DNA of 63,789 bases, counting the filler, from Octopus bimaculoides (taxonomy: Eukaryota): NCBI RefSeq assembly GCF_001194135.2. It is 5 parts of 4 records of this genome, joined end to end, with 100 filler letters (N's around TTAATTAATTAA, not from the genome) between each part and the next. Parts side by side here need not be neighbours in the genome. Positions count along the whole stretch, not along the records: positions 26,899 to 48,040 come from NC_068982.1; positions 48,141 to 50,765 come from NC_068982.1; positions 50,866 to 61,583 come from NC_068985.1; 2 more parts are not named here. One strand, given 5' to 3'. Shown here piece by piece: positions 39,871 to 51,612 of this stretch. The notes under the pieces are model-generated. The model saw nothing but the letters and a program-made list of their open reading frames with translations, searched no databases and was not told where the DNA came from. Both the position numbers and the translations under genes were made by a program. Numbering within the stretch: the stretch's first letter is position 1; each line of letters begins with the position of its first letter.

Positions 39871-41009
39871 AAAAATCACAGCTGGTTATTGTGGTTGTGC
39901 CCCTTATTGGCATCCTCTCCTACAAGTGACGAAATTTTACACTCACAGAGGGAGCAGCCGAATCACTTTTAAATGATATCTTGCTGACTTCAGAAAAAAA
40001 AAAAAAAAAACGGTGTGTGACCACAGATACAGTAACTTTAGAAAAAAAGATGGTTAAATATGAAACACTTTTGATTACCGATTTGCTTGATTACAACATT
40101 CTTGTGTTTTAAAAAACGACAGCTATAAAACACCTCCTAACCTATAGGCCTGCTGTATCCTCTCTTTACGTTTTCTGCCGTACTATGACGGCCTTTACGT
40201 TTTCTGCCGTACTATAACGCTACTATTTGAGCAGGTTGGTCTCAACCACCTAAATTCAGGCAGTCCCAACATACTCACCCCACCTCTTATCATATTGGGT
40301 TCAACTTCTCCTCTTATTGGGTTCGAGGGCTTGCGGATGCTAGCGATACTGTTTCTTCCCCCAAAACCAACAAATAAGAAATAGCAAAAAAATCTCCCCT
40401 TAGAAAATTTCCACCATCCATCATCTTCGCAAGAAGCCTGCAATAACAAAAAAAAAAAAAAAAGAACAACTACAATGTTATTTGGTAATCATTTCGTGCA
40501 TCTCATCATGCTTTGCAGTAAATCACATTCTGCAACAAAATCAGTTATACAATAAAGACATCAGCATATATGTATATATGTGGATGTATTTGAAAATGCC
40601 TGTGTATATTTCTATATATGTGTGTAATTTTGATCATACATTCAAAAATTCTGGTACAAAGATTTTCCTCAAGCCTTACCAAGTGTATGCAGTTTCTAAA
40701 AGAAACTGGATTGGTAACATAGAATGCCTTGGAGAACGTTTTGGCTTGTCAATTCATGTCAGTTTTCTTTCAAATTTCTGCAGCAAACTCTTCTTAAGGA
40801 AGAAATTATTATACTTCAAAACTTCTACGGATTAAATAAAGATGGATGCTTTGTAACTGTAGACAAATCCATTAATGACTGATTCATACTTTAAACAGAT
40901 GCATATTCAGAAAATTTAAATATGACTGCCATCTTTTTTATATGTTTTTATGTACAATATACCAAATTTATTTACATTACTCTATGGTTCACCACCTGCT
41001 AGTTAATAA

Positions 41010-41162
41010 AGTTCTGTATTTAGGTGATGAGGAATTATGTACATTATTTATATTATTTACATTTGACGGATATTTGTCCTCATCCTGTTTGTTGTTAACA
41101 CAAAGTTCAGGTGTCTTGGGGAAATCTCGAACCTGGGTTCTCATTCTTAAGGTATTTTTCGA

Positions 41163-41221
<59 letters not shown>

Positions 41222-41310
41222 TCACTGCCTAGAATCGAACTCTTACCCACTAGATTCCGAGTTCAATTCCACGTAGTGACCTGAATAATAACAATAGTAA
41301 CAACAACAAC

Positions 41311-41368
<58 letters not shown>

Positions 41369-41520
41369 TCGAAAAATACCTTAGGGATGAGAACCCAGTT
41401 TCGAATTTTCCCCAAGACACCTGATGAAGGCTGGAGGGTATGTCAGCTGAGACGTTGTGTTAACAACAAACAAGATGAGGACAAATATCTGTCAAATGTA
41501 AATAATATAAATAATGTACA
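41010..41520. mobile_element. Head-to-head inverted pair of a composite element: tRNA-like B-box + (TAA)n + hammerhead module
   Basis: The left arm (about 41038-41242) is the reverse complement of the right arm (41259-41520). Each arm carries GAGTTC(G/A)ATTC(C/T), AGTGACCTGAATAA, a TAA tract and CATCGAAAAATACCTTA...CCCCAAGACACCTGA...GTTAACAACAAACA(A/G)GATGAGGACAAATATC. Confidence 0.85.
41416..41461 (+). ncRNA. Minimal type I hammerhead motif with A14G substitution
   Basis: GACAC-CTGATGA-A-GGCTG(10-nt loop)CAGCT-GAGAC-GTT-GTGTT: 5-bp helix I, 5-bp helix II, palindromic ACGT helix III, GUU site; GAAAC is changed to GAGAC. Confidence 0.75.
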
Positions 41521-41700
41521 CGGTTATAGTTGTTATCCCAAAACATTTCAAGAGCATTTAGTTATTCCATAATATCTAATCTGAAGTTTTTACATACACA
41601 CACACACACACACTTTATTTGTGGGTAAACAAGTAAAGAATATTTAACCACCAATATGAGTTTTGAGTGCACATTCTCACTGTTCAATATTAGCGACTGC

Positions 41701-41735
<35 letters not shown>

Positions 41736-42160
41736 ACAGAGCCTCCCAAAGCTAGGCCATTATCTAAACACTGTCTAAGCCTAATAAATTTAAGTATGAA
41801 GTAAATCAACCAATATAAAGTAAATTCTACAACTCACAAATTTACAAACACTTTCCACTTTACAGGAATAGAAGACAACTCAGAATAACGAGATCATAAG
41901 ATCTAAAAAATTCCCAAACAACAAGCATATCAAAGATGCATTCCCATCTTTACCTGCCTGACGGATATCAGGAATAGTTTCCACACCTGGGCAGTTGCAT
42001 TCAGTACGGTGGTTTCACCAGCGTTAAAAATACAAACGTTGCATGTGAATCGTTAGAAAACATGAGACACGCAGTATTAGCTTAGTATGTCTATTACACC
42101 AACGTCTGCTTATTACTACAAGGAACAACATTAAACTAAATGAATTATTATCAACTTATA

Positions 42161-42305
42161 GTTCTGAGTTCAAATTCCGCCGAGGCCGACTTTGTTTTTC
42201 ATCCTTTCGGAGTCGATAAGTTCCAGTTGAGCACTGGGATCGATCTAATCGACCTATCCACTCCCCTGAAATTGCTGGCCTTGTGCCAAAATCTGAAACC
42301 AATAT
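42161..42305 (+). mobile_element. SINE family B, 5'-truncated
   Basis: GTTCTGAGTTCAAATTCCGCCGAGGCCGACTTTG..TTTCATCCTTTCGGAGTCGATAA...GGCCTTGTGCC. Confidence 0.85.
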
Positions 42306-42557
42306 TAAATTGTAGTCACAAAAGAATATCGTTAAAGAGATTGTGATTCTTAAATTAGAAAACAAAACAGAACTAACGAACCAAACTTATTGAGTTAAAT
42401 AAACTATTCAATAACCAATACCTAACATGATAAAATCAACACGAGAAACAGTAAACCCAGAACTTAAAACACATAAATTAAATAATGAACATAAACTACT
42501 AGATTCGCCATGACAGATCGCTAGCCACTAAACCTTTTTCTATTTTCTCTCCCTGTT

Positions 42558-42595
42558 TATTTCTGTTGAAGAGCGTAGGCTCGAAACGTAAAAGA
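42558..42595 (+). ncRNA. Minimal type I hammerhead variant (CUGUUGA-A core)
   Basis: TATTT-CTGTTGA-A-GAGC(GTAG)GCTC-GAAAC-GTA-AAAGA: perfect 4-bp helix II, palindromic ACGT helix III, GUA site, weak helix I, A6U change. Confidence 0.6.
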
Positions 42596-42727
42596 CTTTC
42601 TCACTTCCCGAGCGTTAATCTAATATATCCGTTTGTTGTTTACATACCCGTCTCCGTCTTTTGTTTTTTTGTAAATTCTCATTATAGACTACTAGATATA
42701 TTTTTTCTAAATTTGTATCATATCATA

Positions 42728-43124
42728 GGCGCAGGCGTGACTGTGTGGTAATAGGCTTGCTTCCCAACCACATGGTTTCACGTTCCGTTCCATTGCGGCG
42801 AACCTTGGGCAAGTGTCTTCTACTATAGCTTCGAGCCGACCAAAGCCTTATGAGTTGATTTGGTAGACGGAAACTGAAAGAATCCCGCCGTGTATATGCA
42901 TATGTGTGTGTGTAGGGGGTTGTCCCCCACACCGTTTGACAACTGGTGCTGATGTGTTTACGTTCCTGTAACCTAAGAGTTCGGCAAAACCGACTGATAA
43001 AATAAGTACCAGTCTTAAGAAATAAGTGCTGGGTGTTGATTTGTTCTACTAAAAAAAACCCTTAATGCGGTGCTCCAGTATGGCCGCAATCTAATGACTA
43101 AAACAAGTAAAAGAGCAAAAGAAT
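42728..43124 (+). mobile_element. tRNA-derived SINE family A, full length
   Basis: Head GGCGCAGGCGTGACTGTGTGGTAA...; internal (TG)n; tail GCGGTGCTCCAGTATGGCCGCA...AAACAAGTAAAAGA; collinear with 61684-62070. Confidence 0.9.
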
Positions 43125-43673
43125 ATATGAAATATGAAACCACACCAAAAGCATAAAATATAAACTAGCGGAACATTACACCCTTCAATCAACGTTTTCA
43201 AACGATGCGCAGGGGAAAATACAAGCATAGATCAATATCAATTAAATTTATATGTTCAGTTTTATCAAATAAATTAATTGAATAAATTACTAATTAAAAG
43301 TAATATAAAAGTGAAATAAATTAAAATAAAAATAGAATTGAATTACAAGAACATTATGTGAGAGAGAGACATGGCAAACAGATTGAGGCATAAGTTAAGC
43401 GTCCCAACCACAAATGGGCTGAATAATCCAGGATTAATTAAACGACATAGCGTGTCTGTTATCTGGTAACAACTTAAACTACACTGAAATTATAGAATAA
43501 ACAACATTAACATATACGCTTAAAGTCTACAAACATTTAATATTGGTAAAACAAATATATCATCATAAAATTGTTTTTAGTGTAAGGTAACACAACTCCG
43601 AGTGTTGCAAAGAAATTAATGAAAGCCACACTTACATGTAAACCCATTGCTATCAAAATACTAAAAGATCATT

Positions 43674-43829
43674 GTTTACGTTCTGAGTTCAAATTCCGCC
43701 GAAGTCGACTTTGCCTTTCATCCTTTCGGGGTCGATAAATTAAGTACTAGTTGCGTACTGGGGCTGATTTAATCGACAGGCCCCCTCCTCAAATATTTTG
43801 GGCCTTGTGCCTAGAGTAGAAAAGAAAAG
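43674..43829 (+). mobile_element. SINE family B, 5'-truncated, with a 17-bp target-site duplication
   Basis: AATACTAAAAGATCATT occurs at 43657-43673 and 43830-43846, flanking the family B body. Confidence 0.92.
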
Positions 43830-44269
43830 AATACTAAAAGATCATTACCGATCAACAAATTGAAGTGGAAGTGACGAAAGTGACGTTACACACAACAATG
43901 AATGACAACCAGCTCAAAAACTGCTAAACAGTGATTTAACCTCACCATAAGTTAAAACTCTTTGCAATTCCTTGCTCGGCTGTAAACCTGAGATTATTTT
44001 GTATTCTCTCAAACTTTCACTATGCTTCTCCCCAAGCAATTAACCAACCCTTTACTACTTTAACCTTGTTTTTCCACATGCACCATTAACTTTTAACCTT
44101 ATCCCCAAACAATTCAACCGCATTTATATTTTTACGGTATTTAAAAACTTGACTGGAAAGCACATTACATGCTATCCAAAAATGAAATCTACTATCAGGC
44201 CAATGGCAACTATACAGTGTATAAATTAGTATTAGTTTCAAATTTTTTTTTTGGGGGGGGGGGAAGTGC

Positions 44270-44412
44270 TCAACTGGTATTTACTTTATCAACACAGAAA
44301 GGATGAAAGGCAAAGATCGATCTCGGTTGAATTTGCACTCAGAACCTGAAGACGGACGAAATGCTACTAAGCACTTCGCCCGACCTGCTAACGATTCTCC
44401 CAGCTCGCCACC
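44270..44412 (-). mobile_element. SINE family B copy with head
   Basis: Reverse complement begins GGTGGCGAGCTGGGAGAATCGTTAGC (A-box-like) and contains GAGTGCAAATTC (B-box-like) and TTTGCCTTTCATCCTTTC. Confidence 0.85.
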
Positions 44413-44816
44413 TTAACGTAAACATTTATATTAGCTGCTATTATGAATACTAACCACTATCTTACCATATACACTAACCGCCTTAATATCTAAATAGTTA
44501 GTCTCATTTAAGAAGTCACCATTTCTAGTTGCTTCGAGATCCACTGGATATGATTTCCCAAGCAAATATTCAAAATAATTGTTGTTAGGAATAAAAATAT
44601 ATGTGAAGCATCTAGTGAGTTTTTTTTTTTTTTTACCAAAACTATCGATTTTTACGACATATAATATATATATAGATATTCAGATATCTTCGCAGTATGG
44701 GTTTGAAATATTGAATCTTTGTTTCCAGCTTTCATAATCGTCCGAACATCGTCAACGAGAAACTCTAAGGATTTGCGAAAATTTAGTTTCCAGTAAATTG
44801 CACACACATGCGCACG

Positions 44817-44865
<49 letters not shown>

Positions 44866-45541
44866 GTATATACATACATACACATAGGTATATATATATT
44901 TTAAGCATACAGCATGTATATGTACGGCATGCATTCCTATATAAAGACTAATATATAGATATAAACATGTATGTAAATATACGTAGAATATATCTACATA
45001 CATTAATATTTGGATTAAGAACTATGGCCATAAAGTCATATACGGAGACACATAAGGATCAAAACGTAGCACATGCTTACAAAGAAACATACACTCTCTC
45101 TTTCTCACACACTATTTTTCTCTTTCTCTTTCGCTCTCTTTTTTACACACATACCCACTCTGTCTCTAAAACTCACGCGCTCGCACACACATACAAAGTT
45201 AATGTTTCTATCTTAAAGTCGACATATTCCTGCGCAAAGTTCGTTGATAGATTACATATGTCTCTGTAAATTCTTCGAATGGACATAAGAACTCATAAAT
45301 CGTATGAGCATACACACACACACACACAACATGCACACAAACTTACACACTTACACAAACACACACACACACACGCGCACGCATACATTTCTATATATAA
45401 CGATATATAGAGATGCACATTTATAGATATATTTTGAAGCGCATTTCTACATATAAGTTTGTATATATGTACCCATGTTAGCTAGATCTACATGTTTGTA
45501 TGTATATATGTATGTATTATATTTGTATACGTGTGTGTAAA

Positions 45542-45573
<32 letters not shown>

Positions 45574-46642
45574 TGACAGACAGTGACAGAGACAGAGACA
45601 CAGACAGACCGGGTGAGGGCCGGAGATAGAGTATATAAAATGTGTGTTTACTCCTAAGAAACATTGAAAAAATACATACATATATACATACAAACTTACA
45701 TGCATACTTACATGCAACCATGCATACACATTCATCCATACATACATATATATATATATATATANNNNNNNNNNNNNNNNNNNNNNNNNNNNNNNNNNNN
45801 NNNNNNNNNNNNNNNNNNNNNNNNNNNNNNNNNNNNNNNNNNNNNNNNNNNNNNNNNNNNNNNNNNNNNNNNNNNNNNNNNNNNNNNNNNNNNNNNNNNN
45901 NNNNNNNNNNNNNNNNNNNNNNNNNNNNNNNNNNNNNNNNNNNNNNNNNNNNNNNNNNNNNNNNNNNNNNNNNNNNNNNNNNNNNNNNNNNNNNNNNNNN
46001 NNNNNNNNNNNNNNNNNNNNNNNNNNNNNNNNNNNNNNNNNNNNNNNNNNNNNNNNNNNNNNNNNNNNNNNNNNNNNNNNNNNNNNNNNNNNNNNNNNNN
46101 NNNNNNNNNNNNNNNNNNNNNNNNNNNNNNNNNNNNNNNNNNNNNNNNNNNNNNNNNNNNNNNNNNNNNNNNNNNNNNNNNNNNNNNNNNNNNNNNNNNN
46201 NNNNNNNNNNNNNNNNNNNNNNNNNNNNNNNNNNNNNNNNNNNNNNNNNNNNNNNNNNNNNNNNNNNNNNNNNNNNNNNNNNNNNNNNNNNNNNNNNNNN
46301 NNNNNNNNNNNNNNNNNNNNNNNNNNNNNNNNNNNNNNNNNNNNNNNNNNNNNNNNNNNNNNNNNNNNNNNNNNNNNNNNNNNNNNNNNNNNNNNNNNNN
46401 NNNNNNNNNNNNNNNNNNNNNNNNNNNNNNNNNNNNNNNNNNNNNNNNNNNNNNNNNNNNNNNNNNNNNNNNNNNNNNNNNNNNNNNNNNNNNNNNNNNN
46501 NNNNNNNNNNNNNNNNNNNNNNNNNNNNNNNNNNNNNNNNNNNNNNNNNNNNNNNNNNNNNNNNNNNNNNNNNNNNNNNNNNNNNNNNNNNNNNNNNNNN
46601 NNNNNTATATATATATATATTTACCTCTCTCCCTCTCTCTTT

Positions 46643-46674
<32 letters not shown>

Positions 46675-46959
46675 CAATATACATACATACATACACATGT
46701 CTATGTCTTTAGTATGGAGGTGTTTGAAGTCTGTGTCTGTCTGTCTGTCTGTATGTATGTATGTATGTATGTATGTGTGACTATGTCTGTGTACATGTAT
46801 ATGTGTGTGTCAGTGTGTATAGCTTGATCAAATGTCACATGATGTGGAACTAATACGTTAATCCTCTCCACAACAGATCCAACGCCAGCTTTCAGCATTC
46901 ATAGCGTCTGATATTACAACAGGCTCACATAACAGCTGGCGGTTCTGACTGGAGCCGGT

Positions 46960-47175
46960 GGTGGTAATGGTTGTGGTGGTGGAGGTGGGGGAGGTGGTAG
47001 TAGTAGTAGTGGTTGCAGTTGTGGTTACAGTGGTGGTGATGGTATCAATAGTTGTTGTCCGGTGGTGGTGGTGGTGATGGTGGTGGTGGTGGTGGTAATG
47101 GCACTAGTGGCAACGGTAGTAATGGTAGTTTCGATTGGTGGTGGTGGTGGTGGTGGTCGTCGTCGACGTCGTCGT
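46960..47175. repeat. Degenerate (GGT)n region
   Basis: GGT/AGT/CGT triplet runs. Confidence 0.85.
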
Positions 47176-48519
47176 GGTTGCGGCGGCGGAGGCGATGATC
47201 GTGATGGCACTGACGGTAGGTAATGTTTAGTGGTACAGGTAAATCTAGTTGTATTACTGGTATGGAAATGGGGAACTTTAGTGTTGGTGATAGTTGATCA
47301 TAAGCGCTGTTGTAGGGGTGGAGGTGATTGTGATGTGGTGGTGATTGTGATGTGGTGGTGATTGTGATGCGGTGGCGGTTTTGGCGATAGTGGTTATAGA
47401 GGAACTGGTGTGTCGGTTTTAGTGTATACGTGATATGGCGGTAATGCTTATTTTGGTGACCAAGTGGTGCTGATGGACCGGTTGCTTGCAGCGATGGCAG
47501 CATTCCTTGTGTTTACTTTGATTTTGTTATTGCTGTTGTTGATGTTAGTAGTGGTGGCGCTTGTGGTGGTGGTAGTGGTGGCGCTTGTGGTGGTGGTAGT
47601 GGTGGTAATACTTGCAGTTGTTTTGATGTGTCACAGTGGTCATCCCTTATCTATCAGTTCCATATCATCTTTATTGCTTGGTCAAACAAAGCATAGCCAG
47701 ACATTTGAGAGTTCCGTGGTTCCGCTGGCCACCGTCTCCACAAGCCCTATACTGGCTTATCCTGTGACATATCGTATTTTCTCCGTCGGTCACTCACTTT
47801 CTGTATGAATAGGTTATTTGCTTCCTGTACCCGTAAGGTCATGCAGTTCTTCTACGATTTTTCATTTCATTCGTCAAAAAGAAATGGCAATGCCCTTTAC
47901 CTCCACAGGTTCTCCATTTAAGAATGAAGATGGGTTTAACTACGTAACGCAATAGTAGTTGATGTCTATTGAAAGCTGTAGATTTTTGATGGTGAGAGTA
48001 ACAAAAGGGTATCAGTGTAACACGAAAGAAACAAGAGTCTNNNNNNNNNNNNNNNNNNNNNNNNNNNNNNNNNNNNNNNNNNNNTTAATTAATTAANNNN
48101 NNNNNNNNNNNNNNNNNNNNNNNNNNNNNNNNNNNNNNNNACTGTGTAGTAATGCCTCACGCTTCGAGGGACTAAATAAGTAAAAAACTACCAAAAAATG
48201 AGCAACATATTTACCGAAAGCGGGGGAATGCAGCTTTCAAAATTAATCTCTTAAAAACATTTAACTTAACGGTAAACCACTGGTTTCTCAATCAATACAG
48301 AAAAACTGTGAAGTAACCTGCATCTTTTGTTCTTCAGTACACGTATGGTCGAAAGATTTTATCCTATATTATATTATATATATATATATATATATATCAG
48401 TATTTGAAAGTACAGGTACGCATCACTCAAATATAGCTTGGTAACGTTTAGCATGTTTTCTCTAATTATTTTTGGTGTCCAACAGGACATCCAGCAGAAA
48501 ACAGCGGGAGAAACACTTG

Positions 48520-48660
48520 CACCAGCATCTGTCTGGTACTCATCACAACTGAATAGTGAGCGGCAACGTGAAATGAAATACCTTGCTTAAGAACACATAT
48601 GTTGCCTGGTACCGGAACTGAACCCACGACCGCATAACCATGAGCCGAATACCCTGAAAC
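48520..48660 (-). mobile_element. tRNA-derived SINE head fragment
   Basis: GCAACGTGAAATGAAATACCTTGCTTAAGAACAC...GGAACTGAACCCACGACC resembles 53700-53790; the reverse complement contains a B-box-like GGTTCAGTTCC. Confidence 0.55.
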
Positions 48661-48998
48661 CAGCGATGGGCAACCTCTTTTGAGAAGCGGTCCGCATGAA
48701 CCATGGTGGATTACGGGCGGCCACACAGCTAAAAAAATATTCAAGATAATATTTCATTTGGTGTTCCATTCAGAAAGTCCCACGGGTCGCAGTGCTCCCT
48801 TGACTCTAAACTCTAGGCCACGGGCCTTTGTACAATCCAACACTATAAACGCTAATACGAGACAGGAAAAAGGAAACAATGAGATTGATGTGGCAAATGA
48901 TAAATGAGTGGTTCGAGTTCCACGAGTGGCTGTTTCTTTTCCGGTCTCAAAACATCATTTCCTTTCACATATATTTGAGAATGAATTAGTAGCAATGG

Positions 48999-49015
48999 TA
49001 ACAACAACAACAACA

Positions 49016-49046
<31 letters not shown>

Positions 49047-49120
49047 CAACAACAATAACAACAACAACAATAACAACAACAACGACAACAACAATAACAA
49101 CAACAACAATAACAACAACA
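48999..49120. repeat. Compound (CAA)n/(CAG)n repeat
   Basis: CAA-CAG-CAA triplet tract. Confidence 0.9.
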
Positions 49121-49416
49121 GTCTATAGACAACAGATGAATTGATTGCAAAGTAGCCTAATTAGAAGAAATTTAAGATCTGAAATATTCCTAAACCATAA
49201 AAAAGTCAGTCCCGTGTTCTGTCTAATTAGTTAAAAGTGTGACCATTAAATCTAATTACAATATATAGGAACGACACTTCGTTTTAATAACTTTACTGTG
49301 AATTAAGATCACCAGACGAATGGTAAGCTATTGTAACGGAAATACTTTGAGCTGCTGCAGCTGCAAACAAAATTGGAAGAAAAACTAATAAACTAATGAT
49401 GATGATGATGATGATG

Positions 49417-49453
<37 letters not shown>

Positions 49454-49604
49454 TGATGATGATGATGATGATGATAATAATAATAATTACAGTGAAGATT
49501 TCATTTATTTGCCACCAGGGTGAAGGATAAGGGGGACAATACAAAGTGGTTACATATAAGGAAATGATAATATAATTATTAAAAAAGTTCTAATTCTAAG
49601 TGCA

Positions 49605-50146
49605 TGCTATCAAAGTGACACTGGGGTAAAATATACAAAGCTCAATATAACCATCATGACTACCCGTCTGATAAGGGTACACCAGGCACATGCATCACAA
49701 CCATATGTACGCGACACATGGTGATCTCATATCAAGATAAACTGCGCATGACCTCGCAGGTGGGGCCCAGTTAGAATTTTTTTTTCAGGTTGAGTAGCCC
49801 ATCCCGCTCAAAAGGTCCCTGAATAAGGTTTGTTTAAGGATGTTGAGCGAAACACCCATGTTTCCAAAGGTGAATTATTCAAACCCCAAAAAATTCCTCT
49901 CAACACATGGCTAAGATGCTCCCTCACTACTTCTGCTCGTGATCAGAGTTGCACATATCATCAGCCACCAAGGGACATGCTCGACTGGTTAAGGTCAAAC
50001 AACTGACAAGCAAATCTGTGGTATTAAGCAGAATATTTGCTGTAGCCCATCTTTTATACCAAGACAAAACAATGTACATGATTACACTTCCAATCAGTTA
50101 AGATCAGAAGCCATGAGAGCCACTGCCTGGTACTGCATCTGGGCAT
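49605..50146. mobile_element. ~540-bp complex-sequence block, probable interspersed repeat of unknown class
   Basis: Balanced-composition block between two duplicated LINE tails. Recalled as an abundant octopus repeat, but there is no second copy in this window. Confidence 0.4.
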
Positions 50147-50184
50147 ATGATGATGATGAGGAGGATGAAGATAACAACAACAAC

Positions 50185-50232
<48 letters not shown>

Positions 50233-50233
<1 letters not shown>

Positions 50234-50620
50234 GTAAAGATTTCATTTATTTGCCACCAGGGTGAAGGATAACGGGGACAATACTAAGTGGTTACATATA
50301 AGGAAATGATAATATAATTATAAAATTTTTTTGAAGTAAACACGGTATTAAATGAAAAGGAAGAGACATATACAAAGTACACAAAGGTTTTAAAAAAGGG
50401 TTACAAGGATGATGGAGATGTAGCTGTCCTGATACAAGATGACCTCTAGGGATAATCGAGGAACTCTACTGTCCGAGATTTCCCTGAACACTAAGAGCAA
50501 GTGCCCTCTCCAATCCTTTCTCTCCGACTCACAGGTCTACCCTCTAACCATTCACTCTTGCCATTTTCGAAACCTTCACCCACCTTTCAATAAACTTACT
50601 CGAGGACAGCACTTCCCTCC
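50233..50620 (-). mobile_element. Tx1/L1-like LINE 3' end, 5'-truncated
   Basis: Minus strand REVLSSSKFIERWVKVSKMARVNG* parallels EKKCLSQSVFRKRWKFVASMLRVK at 29440-29526; followed by a UTR, AATAAA and an (ATT)n tail. Confidence 0.75.
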
Positions 50621-50639
50621 CACAATAACAACAATAATA

Positions 50640-50666
50640 ACAATGTAAATAATAATAATAATGATG

Positions 50667-50765
<99 letters not shown>
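50640..50765. repeat. (AAT)n microsatellite
   Basis: Long near-pure AAT run into a gap. Confidence 0.95.
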
Positions 50766-50865
50766 NNNNNNNNNNNNNNNNNNNNNNNNNNNNNNNNNNN
50801 NNNNNNNNNTTAATTAATTAANNNNNNNNNNNNNNNNNNNNNNNNNNNNNNNNNNNNNNNNNNNN

Positions 50866-50946
<81 letters not shown>

Positions 50947-51199
50947 TATATATGTACATATACATACATAGATACATACATATATATATATGTATTCATA
51001 TGTATAGGTATATATATATATATGTATATACATACACATATATGTATCCATATATACCCATATTCATGCATACACATGCATACACATGCATATGCATAAT
51101 TAGGTATCTATGTCTTTAAAATATAGATGTATATATATATACATATACATGTATATGTATATATACATATCTACATACATACATATACACATACATACA

Positions 51200-51235
<36 letters not shown>

Positions 51236-51300
51236 TTCTTATGTCTGTTTCTCTGTGCGTCTGTGTATATGTACGCATATACACGAATAGAACTCTGTAC

Positions 51301-51331
<31 letters not shown>

Positions 51332-51612
51332 CATAGATAGACATGCATACAACTGAAAGAAAACAATACCAAAAATAAAGACCCCCTAAAAAGGGTGTGG
51401 AAATATGTCAGTATTGTGTTTCAGGGGAGAAGGGGTTTCTATCGCATTGTGAAATATTTCACTAGAGTGTAAATACGGATTAATTACAAATTTCGAAGGG
51501 GCAGTCCTATCACCAGAAACGGCTTGGGTAACGTGTGGGGTGTGTGTGTGTGTATGTGACGTACTGTGTTGTGTTTGTATTTGACAGCTTGTTTTTGTAT
51601 TCTTGTATTCGC

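Noticed and set aside
44741-44775. Hammerhead-like CCGAACA-TCG(TCAA)CGA-GAAAC-TCTAA-GGA
   Set aside because: G8 and U16.1 are both lost and no helix I forms.
47909-47943. 35-nt exon candidate (GSPFKNEDGFNY)
   Set aside because: Good acceptor but a mediocre donor, with no homology or partner exons.
48661-48845. hAT-like terminus CAGCGATGGGCAACCT
   Set aside because: No matching inverted terminus or 8-bp TSD could be found.
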